Source of the DNA: Amphiscolops sp. MND2022
Lineage: Eukaryota
Reading direction: 5' to 3'
DNA: 64,000 nucleotides
Assembly (NCBI GenBank): GCA_964187785.1
Contig: OZ076409.1
Coordinates: 83,640,001 to 83,704,000 of the forward strand
Position 1 is the stretch's first letter. Every line of letters begins with the position of its first letter. Positions 12,830 through 26,767 of this stretch are shown here, piece by piece. Under the pieces are notes generated by a model. It was not told where the DNA came from and did not search any database. It saw nothing but the letters and a program-made list of their open reading frames with translations. Both the position numbers and the translations under genes were made by a program.

Positions 12830-14909
12830 TCTCCGAATTCTCTTCGCTGGCCGCTGTTCAGCTATACCTAATGTTAATACGTATGGAGACGCTACGGAGC
12901 AGATTGTAAAATTGTAACTGGAATGAAGCTTTGAACCGATGGTTGGACAAATTCTCCAAGTAACGATACATTAAAAGGATTTCAGAAAAAAAGATTTAGC
13001 GTGTCAAAACTCTACTATAAAAAAGAATTGTAAGACTAAATCCATGAGCCAAACGATGTTCCAAGTTTTTAACTGGAATTGTGTCAACCTTACGTTGCAC
13101 ACAATTTTTGTTCAAAAAATTGAGGTTGTATATGCATTACATCTTCAGACTACAACTTTGTAACCAATCTAAGAAATGCAACGTAGGATTGTTGTTATGT
13201 AACCATGAATCCCACTTTTTACACTATACTCTTGGCCGAACATGGATGTTTTAAATTCATTTAGATTTATACTAATTGATACGATTATCATGTGAAGTTT
13301 TGTATTTATCACAAATTGTTGCAGTTGCGGACGTGTTGTGTCCGTATTTGTACTGATGTTTCTGTCATTTTTGCACTAAGTACTCAATTGGCCGTTGCAA
13401 AGCACTTAATTGTCGTTGCAACCCATTTCACTTTCAGACACTGTAATCTCAAGTTTAGGTTCATGGTGTTTGTAAAATGTCACTTTAGCATCATTTGTTC
13501 CTTCCCATAAGTTTTTAGTTATTTCCACTCTCGGAAGTTTTCAACCACGTTGCCATTTTTGCGTGTCATACTTTTGTCTTGAACTTCTAAAATCCCACCT
13601 TGGAAATCGACTAAATGATCACGCTGGCGTGTCTTCGTCGATGAAAATACGGAGTAGACTTTCAATTTGCCGCCGTTTCAAGACTAAACAGGAAATGCAC
13701 TAGCATGACCAAAAATGGTTTCAACAAAAGGTTACGGAATGGTGACGGAATTAGGAATTTCGAAATCTGATTTCATGACGCGGGGCTGAAATGATTTAAA
13801 ATATTAAGGACGTTGAGTGAACATTTTTATGATACCTAGGACTTTTTAGGTGAGGAACAAATGATACTGAGAAAGTATGTGTATAGTTGTAGAGGACATG
13901 TAATATTTAGTCAGTTCAATTGTTGTTTCCGAAAACACGTTGATAAAAGTATTTGTCTTCGATGAATTCACTAAATCCAAAGATCTCAACTTCTCAAACT
14001 AAAAATGACCACCAGAAGTCAGAACAAGCCGGGAACGGCCCAAGTCGGCGCCATATCTAAGGCTCAAAAATAAATAACAAAAGGACTTCAAAGTGTCAAG
14101 TATTCACTTCTACAGTACAGTACGCGTTTAAGGAAAAATTGAAAAAAAATCCGATTTGTTTTTGAAATGTTTTAAATTTTTTTTGGTCTCCCGTAAGTCG
14201 CATAGTGCCGAAACATGTAAAATGGGGCCCTTTGGAAGTTTTTTAACATCCATTCTTTTGCAAAATAGACAAAAAATGAAGGGTGGACCCTTTGGAGATA
14301 TTTGCGAAAAAAGTCTCACAAAGCCGTAAAAAATTTGCACATAAAAATTTTGGTCATGGCGGGACTCGAACCCATGTCATTCTGCTTGTTAGACCTCGAA
14401 AAAGCCGTAGTGGCCAAGTGGTAGTGAAGTAGTGTGACACAGTTTAGTGTTAGTGCCGGTTTAGTGGCAACTTATAAAATTTATAAAATCTGTCAGTTCG
14501 TTGGTCTTAAAAAAAGAAGTCACTACTATAGTCTGCGTTTTTCTTCGAAAAGCGCCGACTAAAAAAGCCGTAACTGTACTAGTATAAAGAGATTTCAAAG
14601 CCTGAAACTGAAAACTAAAAGGAAAACTACATAGCTGGTCCAAGTAAATCGCCTAAAATCCGATCTGAGAAACTGGACGAGATTAAAACCTCCCTGAGAA
14701 AAGAGATCATGTCCGACTAACTAAGATCTCAGCTGAGAACCAAAAGGAGATGTTAAAACTAATAACCCCAGCTGCTTAAGAAACCAGTAGCTCTCAAAGC
14801 TTGGAAAACTCAGATTCTGAACCTGAAAACATCTTCATCAACACAACTTCAACTCCTAAAAAAACAAAAGCGACTACTTCCAAAACTACACCGGTAAATA
14901 GTCGTAACA
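12830..14909 (+). mobile_element. Diverged LTR of family C (left boundary unresolved), interrupted by a Helentron-type repeat
   Basis: 12831-12920 resembles 61277-61365; 13685-13900 resembles 62115-62335; ATGACCACCAGAAGTCAGAA (14005) matches 62463; ends AATAGTCGTAACA like 62841; shared peptide TSTP.KT..(A)TSKTTPVNSRN. Confidence 0.8.
14023..14565 (-). mobile_element. Non-autonomous Helentron/Helitron2-type element (HINE-like)
   Basis: Minus strand: T-run + TAGTCGGCGC at the 5' end; subterminal inverted GCGCCGACT, hairpin GCCG-TTCC-CGGC and CTTGTT at the 3' end; inserted in an A/T run of the family-C LTR ORF without TSD. Confidence 0.75.
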
Positions 14910-15445
14910 ATAGATATTACCATTCAAGCCCCTATCAAGCAAAATCACTACGACCAACTGCACTTTCTTTTCCGTTGGCATAGTCGATTATCGATTCAAT
15001 TTTTTGGTCCAATTTGTAGACATGCTTTTGAAATGCTAATGTGATATTCTATTTACTAAAAGTGACAAGATGGATCCTTACGGGGAAAAGCACCTTAGTT
15101 GAGGACGAAAATTTCAACTATTGCAGCATGTCGCCTTCATTGCTGAAGATTTATCAACTGATAAATTACCAGCTCTAAAGAGCAAGTTCGGGATGATTTT
15201 AGACTTTGAAAGGGTTAGCTGCATGCAATTGGAAGGAATAACAGAACCTACAACCTGGATGGAATCTTTTTCCGGAGATCCTCGAGCTGGAAAAATTGTG
15301 AGGTACCTCAGTTCACGATTGGAGAAAATGCGGGTTTTAAAAAAATTGTCGACTTCACGGGAAATTTAGTACCCAAGATTGTGCTCTATTACATTAATTA
15401 CCGGCATCAGATCTTGCGGCCACGCCCATTTCAGATGGAAACTTA

Positions 15446-15988
15446 ACCAAGCCGGGAACGGCATAAGTCGGCGCCATATCAAAGGCTCAAAAACAGCAAA
15501 AGGACATGAATGTGTCAAAAAACTCAAAGTACTTAAGTCACAAAAAGAGTTTGGAAACACTTTTGAAAAATTCAAACGACAGAAAAATTCAAACGACAGG
15601 TGCCCGCTAGCGCCAGGGGACACTTTCAGATTTTTGAACATCCATTGTTGTAAAACATCAAAAAATTGAAAGTTTCACAATGCCAAAAAAAACTGAGAAG
15701 AGGGACACTTTGGTATTTTCAAGATCCATTCTGTCAGAAAACATTTTAAAAAATGATGCTTTGGAGAATTTGTTCGAAAAAAAGTCACAGAAAGGCCAAA
15801 AGAGCTGCAATGGAGGCCCTTTAGTCTCGTCCGGTATTATATTTGATTCTGTTCGCTAGGCCAAATGGTTCAATTTGACACCATGAAAATTCGTAGAACT
15901 TTTGTGGAACTATTTTGGTCAGTTGGCGTGGATTAAAAAAAAGTCACTATAATAGTTGAGCTTCAATTCATGAAGCGCCGACTAAAAA
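15446..15988 (-). mobile_element. HINE-like element, second copy
   Basis: Same termini: CAAGCCGGGAACGGC...AAGTCGGCGCC at ~15448-15476 and GCGCCGACTAAAAA at ~15975-15988. Confidence 0.7.
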
Positions 15989-16599
15989 ATATGTACTTAC
16001 ATATGTAAATTCAAATTGAGTCTTGATGTTTCCATGAGAATTGTTTCAATTTAATTACGTTCACATGGTTTACTATGCGAATTTTGAGGCAGCTTCTGAA
16101 ATGTTAGGTCAATTTTCAGGTCAATTTTTGTGTAGTTTTAGGTCGCTACATTAGCGCTAAAAACAATTTTTAGGTCAATTTTTGGTTTACACTACTCATC
16201 AGTCTCAATACTGACTCTCAAGTACCATAAGCAAACAAAACATTACTGGCTGTGCTTGTAATGAAAATTTTGTGACGTGACCCAATGATATTTTCAATAA
16301 AAAATTTTAAATCTGTGTCTCTAATACGTCATTCAAGCAGAACGCCGGGAATAGAACTGAATAGGACCACCCTTACCTCAACAGTTAATTAAAGTTAATC
16401 TGAGTCTACTTCCTTTTACGGCAACGCCAACGACATTTGACTAAAATAATCAATTCGAGCACGTCAATTTCACTATCAAGCACCATGTTTCCGATTTCCC
16501 CCGGTACACCTTGTTCCTTAATTCCCCCTACACGAAAACCCATTTTCACGCAAAAATTGAATATTGAATGAATAAAACAAGTTAATTTGCTTAGAATTA

Positions 16600-17130
16600 T
16601 TCAAAAAAGCGTCTGAGTTTTAATCACATTTATATCTCCGCATAAATTGTTGTGTATACCAATTAAGCACAATCCGATGACATTCTAGTGTTCTTTTTAT
16701 GAAGGTCTTTTTTTCGATTCCAGTACGATTCAATATGCTGCGTATGAAGTCCACTCTCCGGCCACACATAATTAACAGAATGATTGACGGTTTTGTGCTC
16801 CAACAGTATCCGCAGTTCCCTCGGTAGGCCGCCGGCCATTCATCAGTATGAGCTATGTATCCTGGCACCACAACTGATCTGATATTGGGCAATAATGTTA
16901 CAATATCTCTTGTAACGATCATTTCTATGTATCCTGTAGCTTGTAACCGCAATGGGTTTTTGGGCCTCATCCATGTTGTTGTTCGGGTTTATGCAAGGAA
17001 CAGCGTTCTTCGGCTTTTACGATGACGCCAGCGACTCTCTAGTTTTTGCAGGTATCGGTCGGAAATTTCTCTGTGCATTTCGTGCAATTCCTGTTTGCAA
17101 TCGAGTCTGTTTGTTTGATTTATTGACAAC
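16600..17130 (-). pseudogene. Merlin (IS1595/ISXO2-like) DDE transposase relic
   Basis: GYIEMIVTRDIVTLLPNIRSVVVPGYIAHTDEWPAAY, then after a frameshift HKTVNHSVNYVWPESGLHTQHIESYWNRKK: the HTD-W-AY, VNH and HTQ-IES-W motifs of this family. Possible imperfect TIRs at ~16503-16528 and ~17452-17473. Confidence 0.85.
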
Positions 17131-19973
17131 AAGTAAATTTAGTGTTTTCGTTTTGGATTTTTTTGAGACTTCCATCCAGAACCATCTTTGATTTTTTCAT
17201 GTCTTTTTGTAGGTGGGATCTTTCCAATTTCGTGCTGTAAGGGCCAAATGTTTTGAAAATTGAACGCAAAGTTTGAAGTTTTGTAAATATGGAAGTATGT
17301 CGGTTTGGAAGCATATTTCAAAGTAAGATGATTGATTTCAACTGTCAATCAATGTTGAAGATATGGTTATTTCGACATCTTCTATATAATATTATATGGC
17401 GACATAACTAATTCGTGTAAAACTGGTATTTCTTATCCCCCGCCGCATATCGGGGGTAATAGGAAACTTGGTCCAAAACTGATTTCTATAAGTCTCGATT
17501 AGGAGAGTTTAGACATGATAGTCTACTTTGCGAACAAATAACCGATCCTTCGCTAGGCCGAATATGTTTTTAATTACATAGAAAGGATTGCTGAAATAAG
17601 ACTCAAAAGGATTATATTGTGAAAAACAGAAGGAAGCCTATTCTCTAGTAAAATTTGTAAGCACCCACTTTGTTTCACTATAGGTTTTTTGTCTCATTTT
17701 TGTATCTAAGCACGATTAAACGCGACACGCAAAAACGTTTCTCCTTGGATTTTTTCTCCTCAGTCAATGTAGTTTCATACTTTTTGTTACTTGAATTTGC
17801 TGGAAAGCATAGCTCCTCATGTTCCCAAACGTTTCAATTTTCACAAAATAGATCAATAGAGGCCTCGCAGAAAATCACGGGCCGATTTACTACTTTCATC
17901 TAGTTTGCATTTATGTTTATGCGAAACTTCACAAACAATTATTAAGGAAGATCTGGTAGATTTTGACCTGATAACACCGCATTCGCGGCGTATTTCACGC
18001 TACAATTTGGTTTCTTTCCGGCTATTTTTCAACGCTATTTCTTGCCGATTTCGGGAAAATTTTGGTTAGAATTCAATTAAAGTTTCATTAACTGATTCTA
18101 CCGATGAAAGCAATATTGCTCGTCAGTTGGTTATTACAATACACAAACTTTTCTTGAAAGACTTTCTATCAAGAATGCTACCCGGTTTCCACGGAAAAAC
18201 GTTTCAACAATTTCCCGCTGATTCAACTGTTTTCACGCTTGGTAAGTCATGGACGTGAATTTCTGCGGGGTTTGGTGTTTAATATTCAAGTGAACTAACT
18301 CAACTTTTTAGCCATTTTTTCAATACTCGATTAAAGCTGCAAATTCATTGTATTGTAACTAAGTAGGTTTTTTAAAAGTCTTCTGCTATTTGACGTCATA
18401 ATCTCAATTTTCTCAAGTCGTTTCGAATCTTGGTTCAAGAGAGGCAATATGCTAAATGTCAGTGTTGTAATTAAAAATGGAATTTGACTATTGCTGCACT
18501 TGTGTCGCAATTTTTCTCTAAACAGTTTTTCGCCCCTGTAGTTTGTTCATCGATTATCTTTAATTCAAATTTTTCCAGCATTGGATTTGTTTGGTGCTAA
18601 GCTTGAATCAACCAATTATTTCATCATTGCTAACATTTAAAAAATCTTTATTTTACGGCCATGCCCACAGACATGTAGAGGAAAATTTTCGCGGTATTCA
18701 TCGGCCTTTATATTCGGACTTCGTTTTTCTAGAGCCTAATTAGTTGCAAGCCTAAACAGCAAGTTAGTGTACTTTTGATTCGCAGCATTTTCTTTTGAGG
18801 CAAAACAACTACGTCCAAGCCAAAGACCGAAACTAAACATTTCGCACAGTAAAATTTTAATTAATGGCGTGGTTTTAATCGAACGTTTTATGAAAACTTG
18901 ATTTCATCCCTAATAAATTGTTAATTTCATACAATATTCCCTTTGACATTGATTGGTGGAATTTCTACGTATAAGTGAGTTGTATATTTCTTCAAATTGT
19001 AGATCTTAGAAACTTTCAGGCCGGATTGTAAGACACAGAGGTTGAAAATGCAGAATAAGTCAGAAAAATTTCAAAAACAAAGAACACAGAGCCGTTCTAA
19101 ATCGGCACCTCGCTTGAGGTTCAGGAAGTTCCATGTCATAGTTATGCTCAGGGATGATTTTTTCAAAACATTCTGGAAAATCTCACAATGCGGAAATTTA
19201 AAAAAGAAAACCTGGGAGCACAAAAAAACATAGGATCTTTCAAGTTTTTGCAATAACCGATTACGTCAAAAGACGAATGATGACCTTTTGATGAAATGGA
19301 AAACTCGAAACATAGTGCAGAAAAAAATTGAAAAACTATGAGAGGACATCGTATACGTAAAATCTTTGAAATCAGCGCGAGATTCGAATCCGGTAACCAC
19401 TAGGCCAAGTGTCGGCACAAACAAGTGACGTGAACAAATTTCTTCAAAAAGTGGACCATTCAGATATACTCTGCGATCTTACGAAAAACAAACAGTCACT
19501 GTTAAAATCAGGCAAATATCTTACAAAACGAGACGGCAAATATGATCACGGAAGCAAATTCCAAAGTAGATTGAAAACAATATGATCCATATAATGTCCA
19601 GGAACAAACTTCCATAGATTCATGTTCTTAGGCATTATGCATCAATTTACATTGTTGTGTTTACATTGTCTAATTGCAGCCTTGAAACCAGACATTTCTA
19701 AGGTAGAAATTTTTCTAGCTAGTTTTTTTTCGGACAAAACACTGCTCGAACTGTAACCCAAAAGTTCAAAAATTAAGATCATGCCCAATCGATACACAAA
19801 ATGAGACGAAACTAGTGATTTTTTCAGTAAGAAAAAATGGCCGTAAACGAAAAACTATTGTCACATTTCGAGAAATCCAGAAATTTCGTCGTCTTTACTA
19901 AGACGGATAGCGTTCGCTAAGAGATATTAAATTAGTTATTCAATTATTATATTTAGTTTCGAATATAAGAAAC

Positions 19974-20726
19974 AAACAAGCCGGGAACGGCCCAAGTCGG
20001 CGCCATATCTAATGCTCAAAAATAGCAAAAGGACTTGAATGTGTCAGGTATTCTCTTCTACAAAACCCACGTGAGGAAAAAATAGGAAAAAAATAAAAAA
20101 AAATTGAAATTTTTTTTGAATTTTTTTCGCTCCTCGGTAAGTCGCATAGTGCCGACAAATGTAAAAGGGGGCATTTGGGAGTTTCTGAACATCCATTCTT
20201 TGGAAAAATAGAAAAAATGAAGGGGGGCCCTTTGGAGACATTTGAAAAATTTGCGAAAAAAGTCTCACTAAGCCGAAAACTACTATTGGAAGCAGCTGAA
20301 AAAAATATTTATATACTTTAAAGTATTCGGTTAAAGTCGCACAGTGCCAAAAAACCCAAAAAGAGGTCATTTAGGCCCATTAAATGTTTTTTACAAACCG
20401 AAAACTTCAAAAAAATGCAAGGGGTACCCTTTGATGATAATCGAAAGTTTTCGAAAAAAGTCGCAGAGTGCCGAAAAAACCCAAAGGGGGGACCCTTTGG
20501 TCTCACCTGCTGTACTTTTGGAAGCAAAAAACTATTATGGTTTAGTGCGAGAATCGAACCCCCGCTCTCCGGCTTCAGAAATTTAGTCGAAGATGAACAA
20601 CAGAACAGATGAACAAATTGTAAAAAGTGGACCATTCAGAGTGAGATTTGAAGCTGAAAAACAAAAAAAACTACCCACTGTAATAGTCGAGCTTTTTTCC
20701 TTAAGGGAAAAGGCGCCGACTAAAAA
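19974..20726 (-). mobile_element. HINE-like element, third copy (further partial or degenerate copies at ~5130-6320, 19080-19540, 20890-21300, 24950-25522, 25690-26100)
   Basis: AACAAGCCGGGAACGGCCCAAGTCGGCGCC ... GGCGCCGACTAAAA; internal repeated GGGGACCCTTTGG and AAAAAGTCGCA(C/G)AGTGCC modules. Confidence 0.7.
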
Positions 20727-21967
20727 TCCGAAACTTAGATTGTGATTTTAAAAATCTTTTCCTTTGGACTTTTTGCTAGTAGATACTAGAAGCGTTGGTG
20801 GTACGTAACTTCCACTTGGCTCACAGGTTAACGCGGAGTTCTCACAGTGGTGAGTGAGTTTCTTTTCATGTACGTGCTTGCAAAGAAAGAACAAGACGGG
20901 AACGTCTAAAGTCGGCGCTATACCTAAGGCTCAAAACGCGCAACTTTTGAAATATGCATACAACGTTTTCATGAAAACTCATGTTTTTGAACCTCCTTCT
21001 CCTTCTTAACAAAAGGCAATATAGAGTTCGGATATAACGTCGAAAGTTCGGATATAGCGCTTCACTTCAGATATTACGAGGGAGACTTCAATAAAAATGA
21101 AGGGGGACCCTTTGGAGACAAAACAAGTTTCAAAAAAACCCATGGCGCCAAAAAAACTGAAAGGGAGAGACCCTTAGTCTCGTCTGGCTTTCTAGGTAAC
21201 ATTGAAATGGTAAAAAATGAAAGGTGGATGAGCGCCATGAGATTTATTTTGAGCGAAAACCTCCTCTTCACTTTATAATTTAGCAGAAGCAAAAAGTTTT
21301 GAGATCATTAAAGCCCTTCTTTGGATTTTTTGGTTTGACACTATGAGACTTACCGACGATTTTTTCCACACAATTCGAAGTTTTTTCTGATGTTTTCTGT
21401 GAAGAAATAGCGAAACTCGTTTTCTAAGTCTTAAAAATGACCCATTTGGTTAAGTGTGATCTCTCTTGTACTGATGAGTTTTATTCGGCTGTTTGCGACT
21501 TTTTACGAAGTTTATATTTTTTAATAGAGGTTCGATGCTAAGATTTTTTAATCTTTTGTGTTTAGAAAAATATATCCGGAAAAAAACAAATTCGGATTTT
21601 TGTGGTTTTCAGTCAAGAAAATATTTTAAACCCTGAACGGCCCGATCATTGTAACAGTATACGAGTAATATTGCAGTGACACTGCGCCTCTTGCGCGTTT
21701 ATTAACTAGAGCAAGTAATTTAATTTGACACATCCAATAACACCAACCTTGAGGCAGAATGCTATGTGCATTCAATGTACTCAACGACACTTGTCGTAAC
21801 CTTCATCATCACGTTGTTCAAAATCCACTAAATTTTCCCTACGGTGATTATTCTGGTTACTGGAAGTTGCGATTAATCTAGGAAAGTTCTCCCTGAGTCC
21901 TGGACCTGTTGGCAAAATTTACTTTTATGCCGTCCATGTGACTCAAGGTCCGAATTTTGAGTCATTT

Positions 21968-24953
21968 GAACAGAATAACGACAAGATGTCACAGATCGAA
22001 GAGCAACTAAATACCAAATTCGAAGAGATACTTAAGGAGATTAGAACAAACAAAAACTACATTGCAATAACAGATGAAGAGGATGTCGAGACTAACAAGC
22101 CCGGTCCTTCTAACTATAGAAATAAGGGTCTCAGGAACAAACACGCATCAAATTCAACATCAGTTGAAAATAAGAATCGGGATGATCGGTTCTATCCGTC
22201 TGAAATGAGTGAATTAGGACAACCGTACACTCCCCTTGGGATTGCTGAAGACACTTTAGACGAGACCATCATCATAAATGAAAACAGACAGAAAAAGGCC
22301 GATCATCACATGGTGACAGGTCCTACCAAGAACATCCTGAGACAAAGTTCGACTAACTCCAACACCACAAATACACAACGACCACACGCACAAACTCCTC
22401 TCGAGCATCCTGAACCATCAGATCCCGTCAGTCAAATTGCCATAGCAGTCGAAAATGTCGCACGAAGAAATACCGAACCACCACTCTTCCACCTGAAGAA
22501 CACACTTAATTTCAATGGGAAGTTAGGAAAAAATGAAAAATGTGAGTATTTTGAAGATCTTTTCCACACAACACTCAAAATGCAACCACCCCTCACGGAG
22601 GACATGAAAAACAACCATTTCTTGCCCTTCTAAGAGGACTAGCATTGAAAACTTTTAAAAACATCCAAAAAACTTAGACAACAACACTTGAAGATACATT
22701 AGTAGTGTTCAGAAGGATATATGTTTTACCTGAACCCAGTGCCTCTGCAAAACACAGATTTAACCGGCTCATGTTCCAACCAGAAAATCAAAAACTACCC
22801 GACTTTCTTGAAGACCTCCAAGAAAGCGCTGAAAAAGCATTTGGTGAAGCAGCACCACAGATGATTGAGAGCCTGATATATGCAAAAATGCCCCCTCATC
22901 TCAAAAAGTCAATCAACCAGGCTTACCTTCAAAACGGTACCTATGAACAAATCGTGAAACATCTAGAAAGAGAGATGGAGCTCAATGGACTCGAGGCAGA
23001 TGAGCCCCTAGTGAAAACTTGAATGACTGCAGTCAAACAACAAACCAACACACAAAACACTGAAACAACCCCACAAAACACAAAAACAAAAACAAAAACT
23101 CCAAACACAGTAGCTAACAACACACTTCAAGATAACCAATGCCGATATTGCAAGGATGAAGGCCACATAGCAAAAGAGTGCCCAAAACTTGCAAAACGAC
23201 AGAAAATGGATCAAGACCTAAATGCACCAAGATGTTCCCATTGTAACACCCCTGGTCATGAAGAACTAAACTGTTACTTCGGAGCAAACATGGAAAATCT
23301 TCCACCTAAATGGACACTCACTGAAACCGAGAAAAACCTAATCGAAGAATATAAAAAATCAAACAAACCAATCAACACTCGAAATCTCAAACCTTCAACA
23401 TCGAAGGATTTAAACTAATAATGCCACGCCTTCAAACAACAACACCCCAAAAACAATGCTCAGCTGATGACTGGCAGCATCCGCCGAGCCCCAAACCTAT
23501 AAAAATCACAACCTACAATCACAACTTGACAAACAAAAGTGACTCTCCGACTGCAAACACTCAAATTACACCACCCGAACACCTTCAAGAGGATCTTTAT
23601 GACTTACTCAAAGATGCCCCAGATAATTATCTACTACGACCCATGTTTGAACCTGAAATTGAACCCGCAACACAAAATCAGCAACCCACATGTTGGCGAC
23701 CTCAAGAAACACAAACTGACCAATTAAATGTACAATCCACATCGACAACCCAAACTGACGATGACACTACATCGGAATTAACCAAGACTTTCTTCAGTGC
23801 GTCGCCTGGAAAACAACCTCTCTTTGATGCTGAGGTCATATGTATGTCAAAAGAAGCGTCATATGTACTATTTCCCAATGGATTTCGAGAAATTAACTCG
23901 GGATGGACTCATTGATACTGGCGACCTTACCAGCGCCATTTCTGAAGAAGATCTCAACAAAATAAAACTCCTTTCAAATGAAGCCATAAAAGATACTGGT
24001 TCAGCACCCATTTTTCAAATCATGGCGGCAAATGGTCAACTTGAGCGACCCATCGGCACCGTCTTACTTCACTTTGAAGTAGCAGACTTCCAATTTCAAG
24101 AGAACTTCATTGTCATGAAGGTACTACCCAACCCATTATTCGGCCTGTGTTTTTACAAAGACACAATGCCATGTTTGACATTCGACAAGGGATTATTACT
24201 TTCCCTTACTTGTCGATGCAACTACGTCCAGACCACACAACAAATACCCGAAGAGCAACACCCTTCTAACGGAAACTTCATACACCCTACAACCCAGAGA
24301 AACCCTCGCAATCTCCAGCAAAATGCCACACCTAACAGATCACAATGCCACAGGTATTGTCACTCCGTCGTCACATATGGAAGATCACGAAAGTATTTTC
24401 ATTACATCTTCCCTGAGAACAGTTAATAACAATGCAGTGGGCTACCAAGTGATCAATTTTTCGGATATGCCTTACACTCTTCCTATAGATACATACATGG
24501 CAGACTTCCGAGTTCTTACGCCCGAACAGATTAAACACATCAAACCTGTTGATCCATCAACAATCATATTCATGATGCATCAACACATGGAAAACACGGA
24601 TCTATACCTCAACCAATTGATGAAAACAAATCAATCATTAGATGAACCAGAAACTTACTGGTTCCCAACAACTGAGGGACCTGGGGATCCAGATACATAC
24701 ACTCCAATACAACAACGCATATATGATGAACTACTAGAACTCAAACAGCTAGAACATTTAAACTCAAACAACAACAACGAATCAAGAATGAAATTTCTCA
24801 GTCACTTCGACTGGACAGACACTACCCTAAGCCCGTTCGAAAAACAACACATAGAAGACATTCTGGTACAATATCACGACATCTTCGCAAGACATCGTTT
24901 CGATATAGGTACCAAAAGAGAATTCAAGGTCAAACTGACTTCGAGTGATGACA
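21968..24953 (+). pseudogene. Duplicated 5' part of element A (LTR remnant, PBS, gag, protease), truncated just before RT
   Basis: LTR end CATCACA at 22310, PBS TGGTGACAGG, CCHC knuckle CRYCKDEGHIAKEC, LIDTG protease motif; frameshifts and stops. Confidence 0.9.
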
Positions 24954-26767
24954 AATGTAAAAGGGGGCATTTGGGAGTTTCTGAACATCCATTCTTTGGA
25001 AAAATAGAAAAAATGAAGGGGGGCCCTTTGGAGACATTTGAAAAATTTGCGAAAAAAGTCTCACTAAGCCGAAAACTACTATTGGAAGCAGCTGAAAAAA
25101 ATATTTATATACTTTAAAGTATTCGGTTAAAGTCGCACAGTGCCAAAAAACCCAAAAAGAGGTCATTTAGGCCCATTAAATGTTTTTTACAAACCGAAAA
25201 CTTCAAAAAAATGCAAGGGGTACCCTTTGATGATAATCGAAAGTTTTCGAAAAAAGTCGCAGAGTGCCGAAAAAACCCAAAGGGGGGACCCTTTGGTCTC
25301 ACCTGCTGTACTTTTGGAAGCATAAAAATATTATGGTTTAGTGCGAGATTCGAACCCCCGCTCTCCGGCTTCAGAAATTTAGTCGAAGATGAACAACAGA
25401 ACAGATGAACAAATTGTAAAAAGTGGACCATTCAGAGTGAGATTGTAATCTGAAAAACAAAAAAAAGTACCCACTGTAATAGTCGGGCTTTTTTCTTTAA
25501 GGGAAAAGGCACCGACTAAAAATCCGAAACTTAGATGGTGATTTTAAAAACCTTTTCCTTTGGACTTTTTGCTAGTAGATACGTACGTATTTACGTGGTG
25601 GTACGTATTTTTCACTTGGCTCACAGGTTAACGCGGAGTTCTCACAGTGGTGAGTGAGTTTCTTTTCATGTACGTGCTTACAAAAGAAGAACAAGACGGG
25701 AACGTCTAAAGTCGGCGCTATACCTAAGGCTCAAAAAGCCCAGCTTTTGAAATATGCATACAACGTTTTCATGGAAACTCATGTTTTTGAACCTCCTTCT
25801 CATTCTTAACAAAAGGCAATATAGAGTTCGGATATAACGTCAAAGTTCGGATATAGCGCTTCACTTCAGATATTACGAGGGAGACTTCAATAAAAATGAA
25901 GGGGGACCCTTTGGAGACAAAACAAGTTTCAAAAAAACCCATGGCGCCAAAAAAACTGAAAGGGAAAGACCTTTAGTCTCGGCTGGCTTTCTAGGTAACA
26001 TTGAAATGGTAAAAAATGAAAGGTGGATGAGCGCCATGAGATTTATTTTGAGCGAAAGCCTCCTCTTTACTTCATAATTTAGCAGAAGCAAAAAGTTTTG
26101 AGATCATTAAAGCCCTTCTTTGGATTTTTTGGTTTGGCACTATGAGACTTACCGACGATTTTTTCCACACAATTCGAAGTTTTTTCTGATGTTTTTTGTG
26201 AAGAAATAGCGAAACTCGTTTTCTAAGTCTTGAAATTGACCCATTTGGTTAAGTGTGATCTCTTTTGTACTGATGAGTTTTATTCGGCTGTTTGCGACTT
26301 TTTACGAAGTTTATATTTTTTAATAGAGGTTCGATGCTAGGATTTTTTAATCTTTTGTGTTTAGAAAAATATATCCGGAAAAAAACAAATTCGGATTTTT
26401 GTGGTTTTCAGTCAAAAAAATATTTTAAACCGTGAACGGCCCGATAATTGTAACAGTATACGAGTAATATTGCAGTGACACTGCGCCTCGTGCGCGTTTA
26501 TTAACTAGAGCAAGTAATTTAATTTGACACATCCAATAACACCAACCTTGAGGCAGAATGCTATGTGCATTCAATGTACTCAACGACACTTGTCGTAACC
26601 TTCATCATCACTTTGTTCAAAATCCACTAAATTTTCCCTACGGTGACTATTCTGGTTACTGGAAGTTGCAATTAATCTAAGAAAGTTCTCCCCTGAGTCC
26701 TGGACCTGTTGGCGAAATTTACTTTTATGCCGTCCATGTGACTCAAGGTCCGAATTTTGAGTCATTT

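Noticed and set aside
14340..14420. Functional tRNA gene
   Set aside because: Only T-arm and acceptor-like 3' part present; no D-arm or pairing 5' acceptor strand.
14910..14914. ATAGA follows both the C-type LTR end (14909) and A's LTR end (43919), suggesting a TSD pair
   Set aside because: Both are right-hand flanks of different families and cannot be one TSD.
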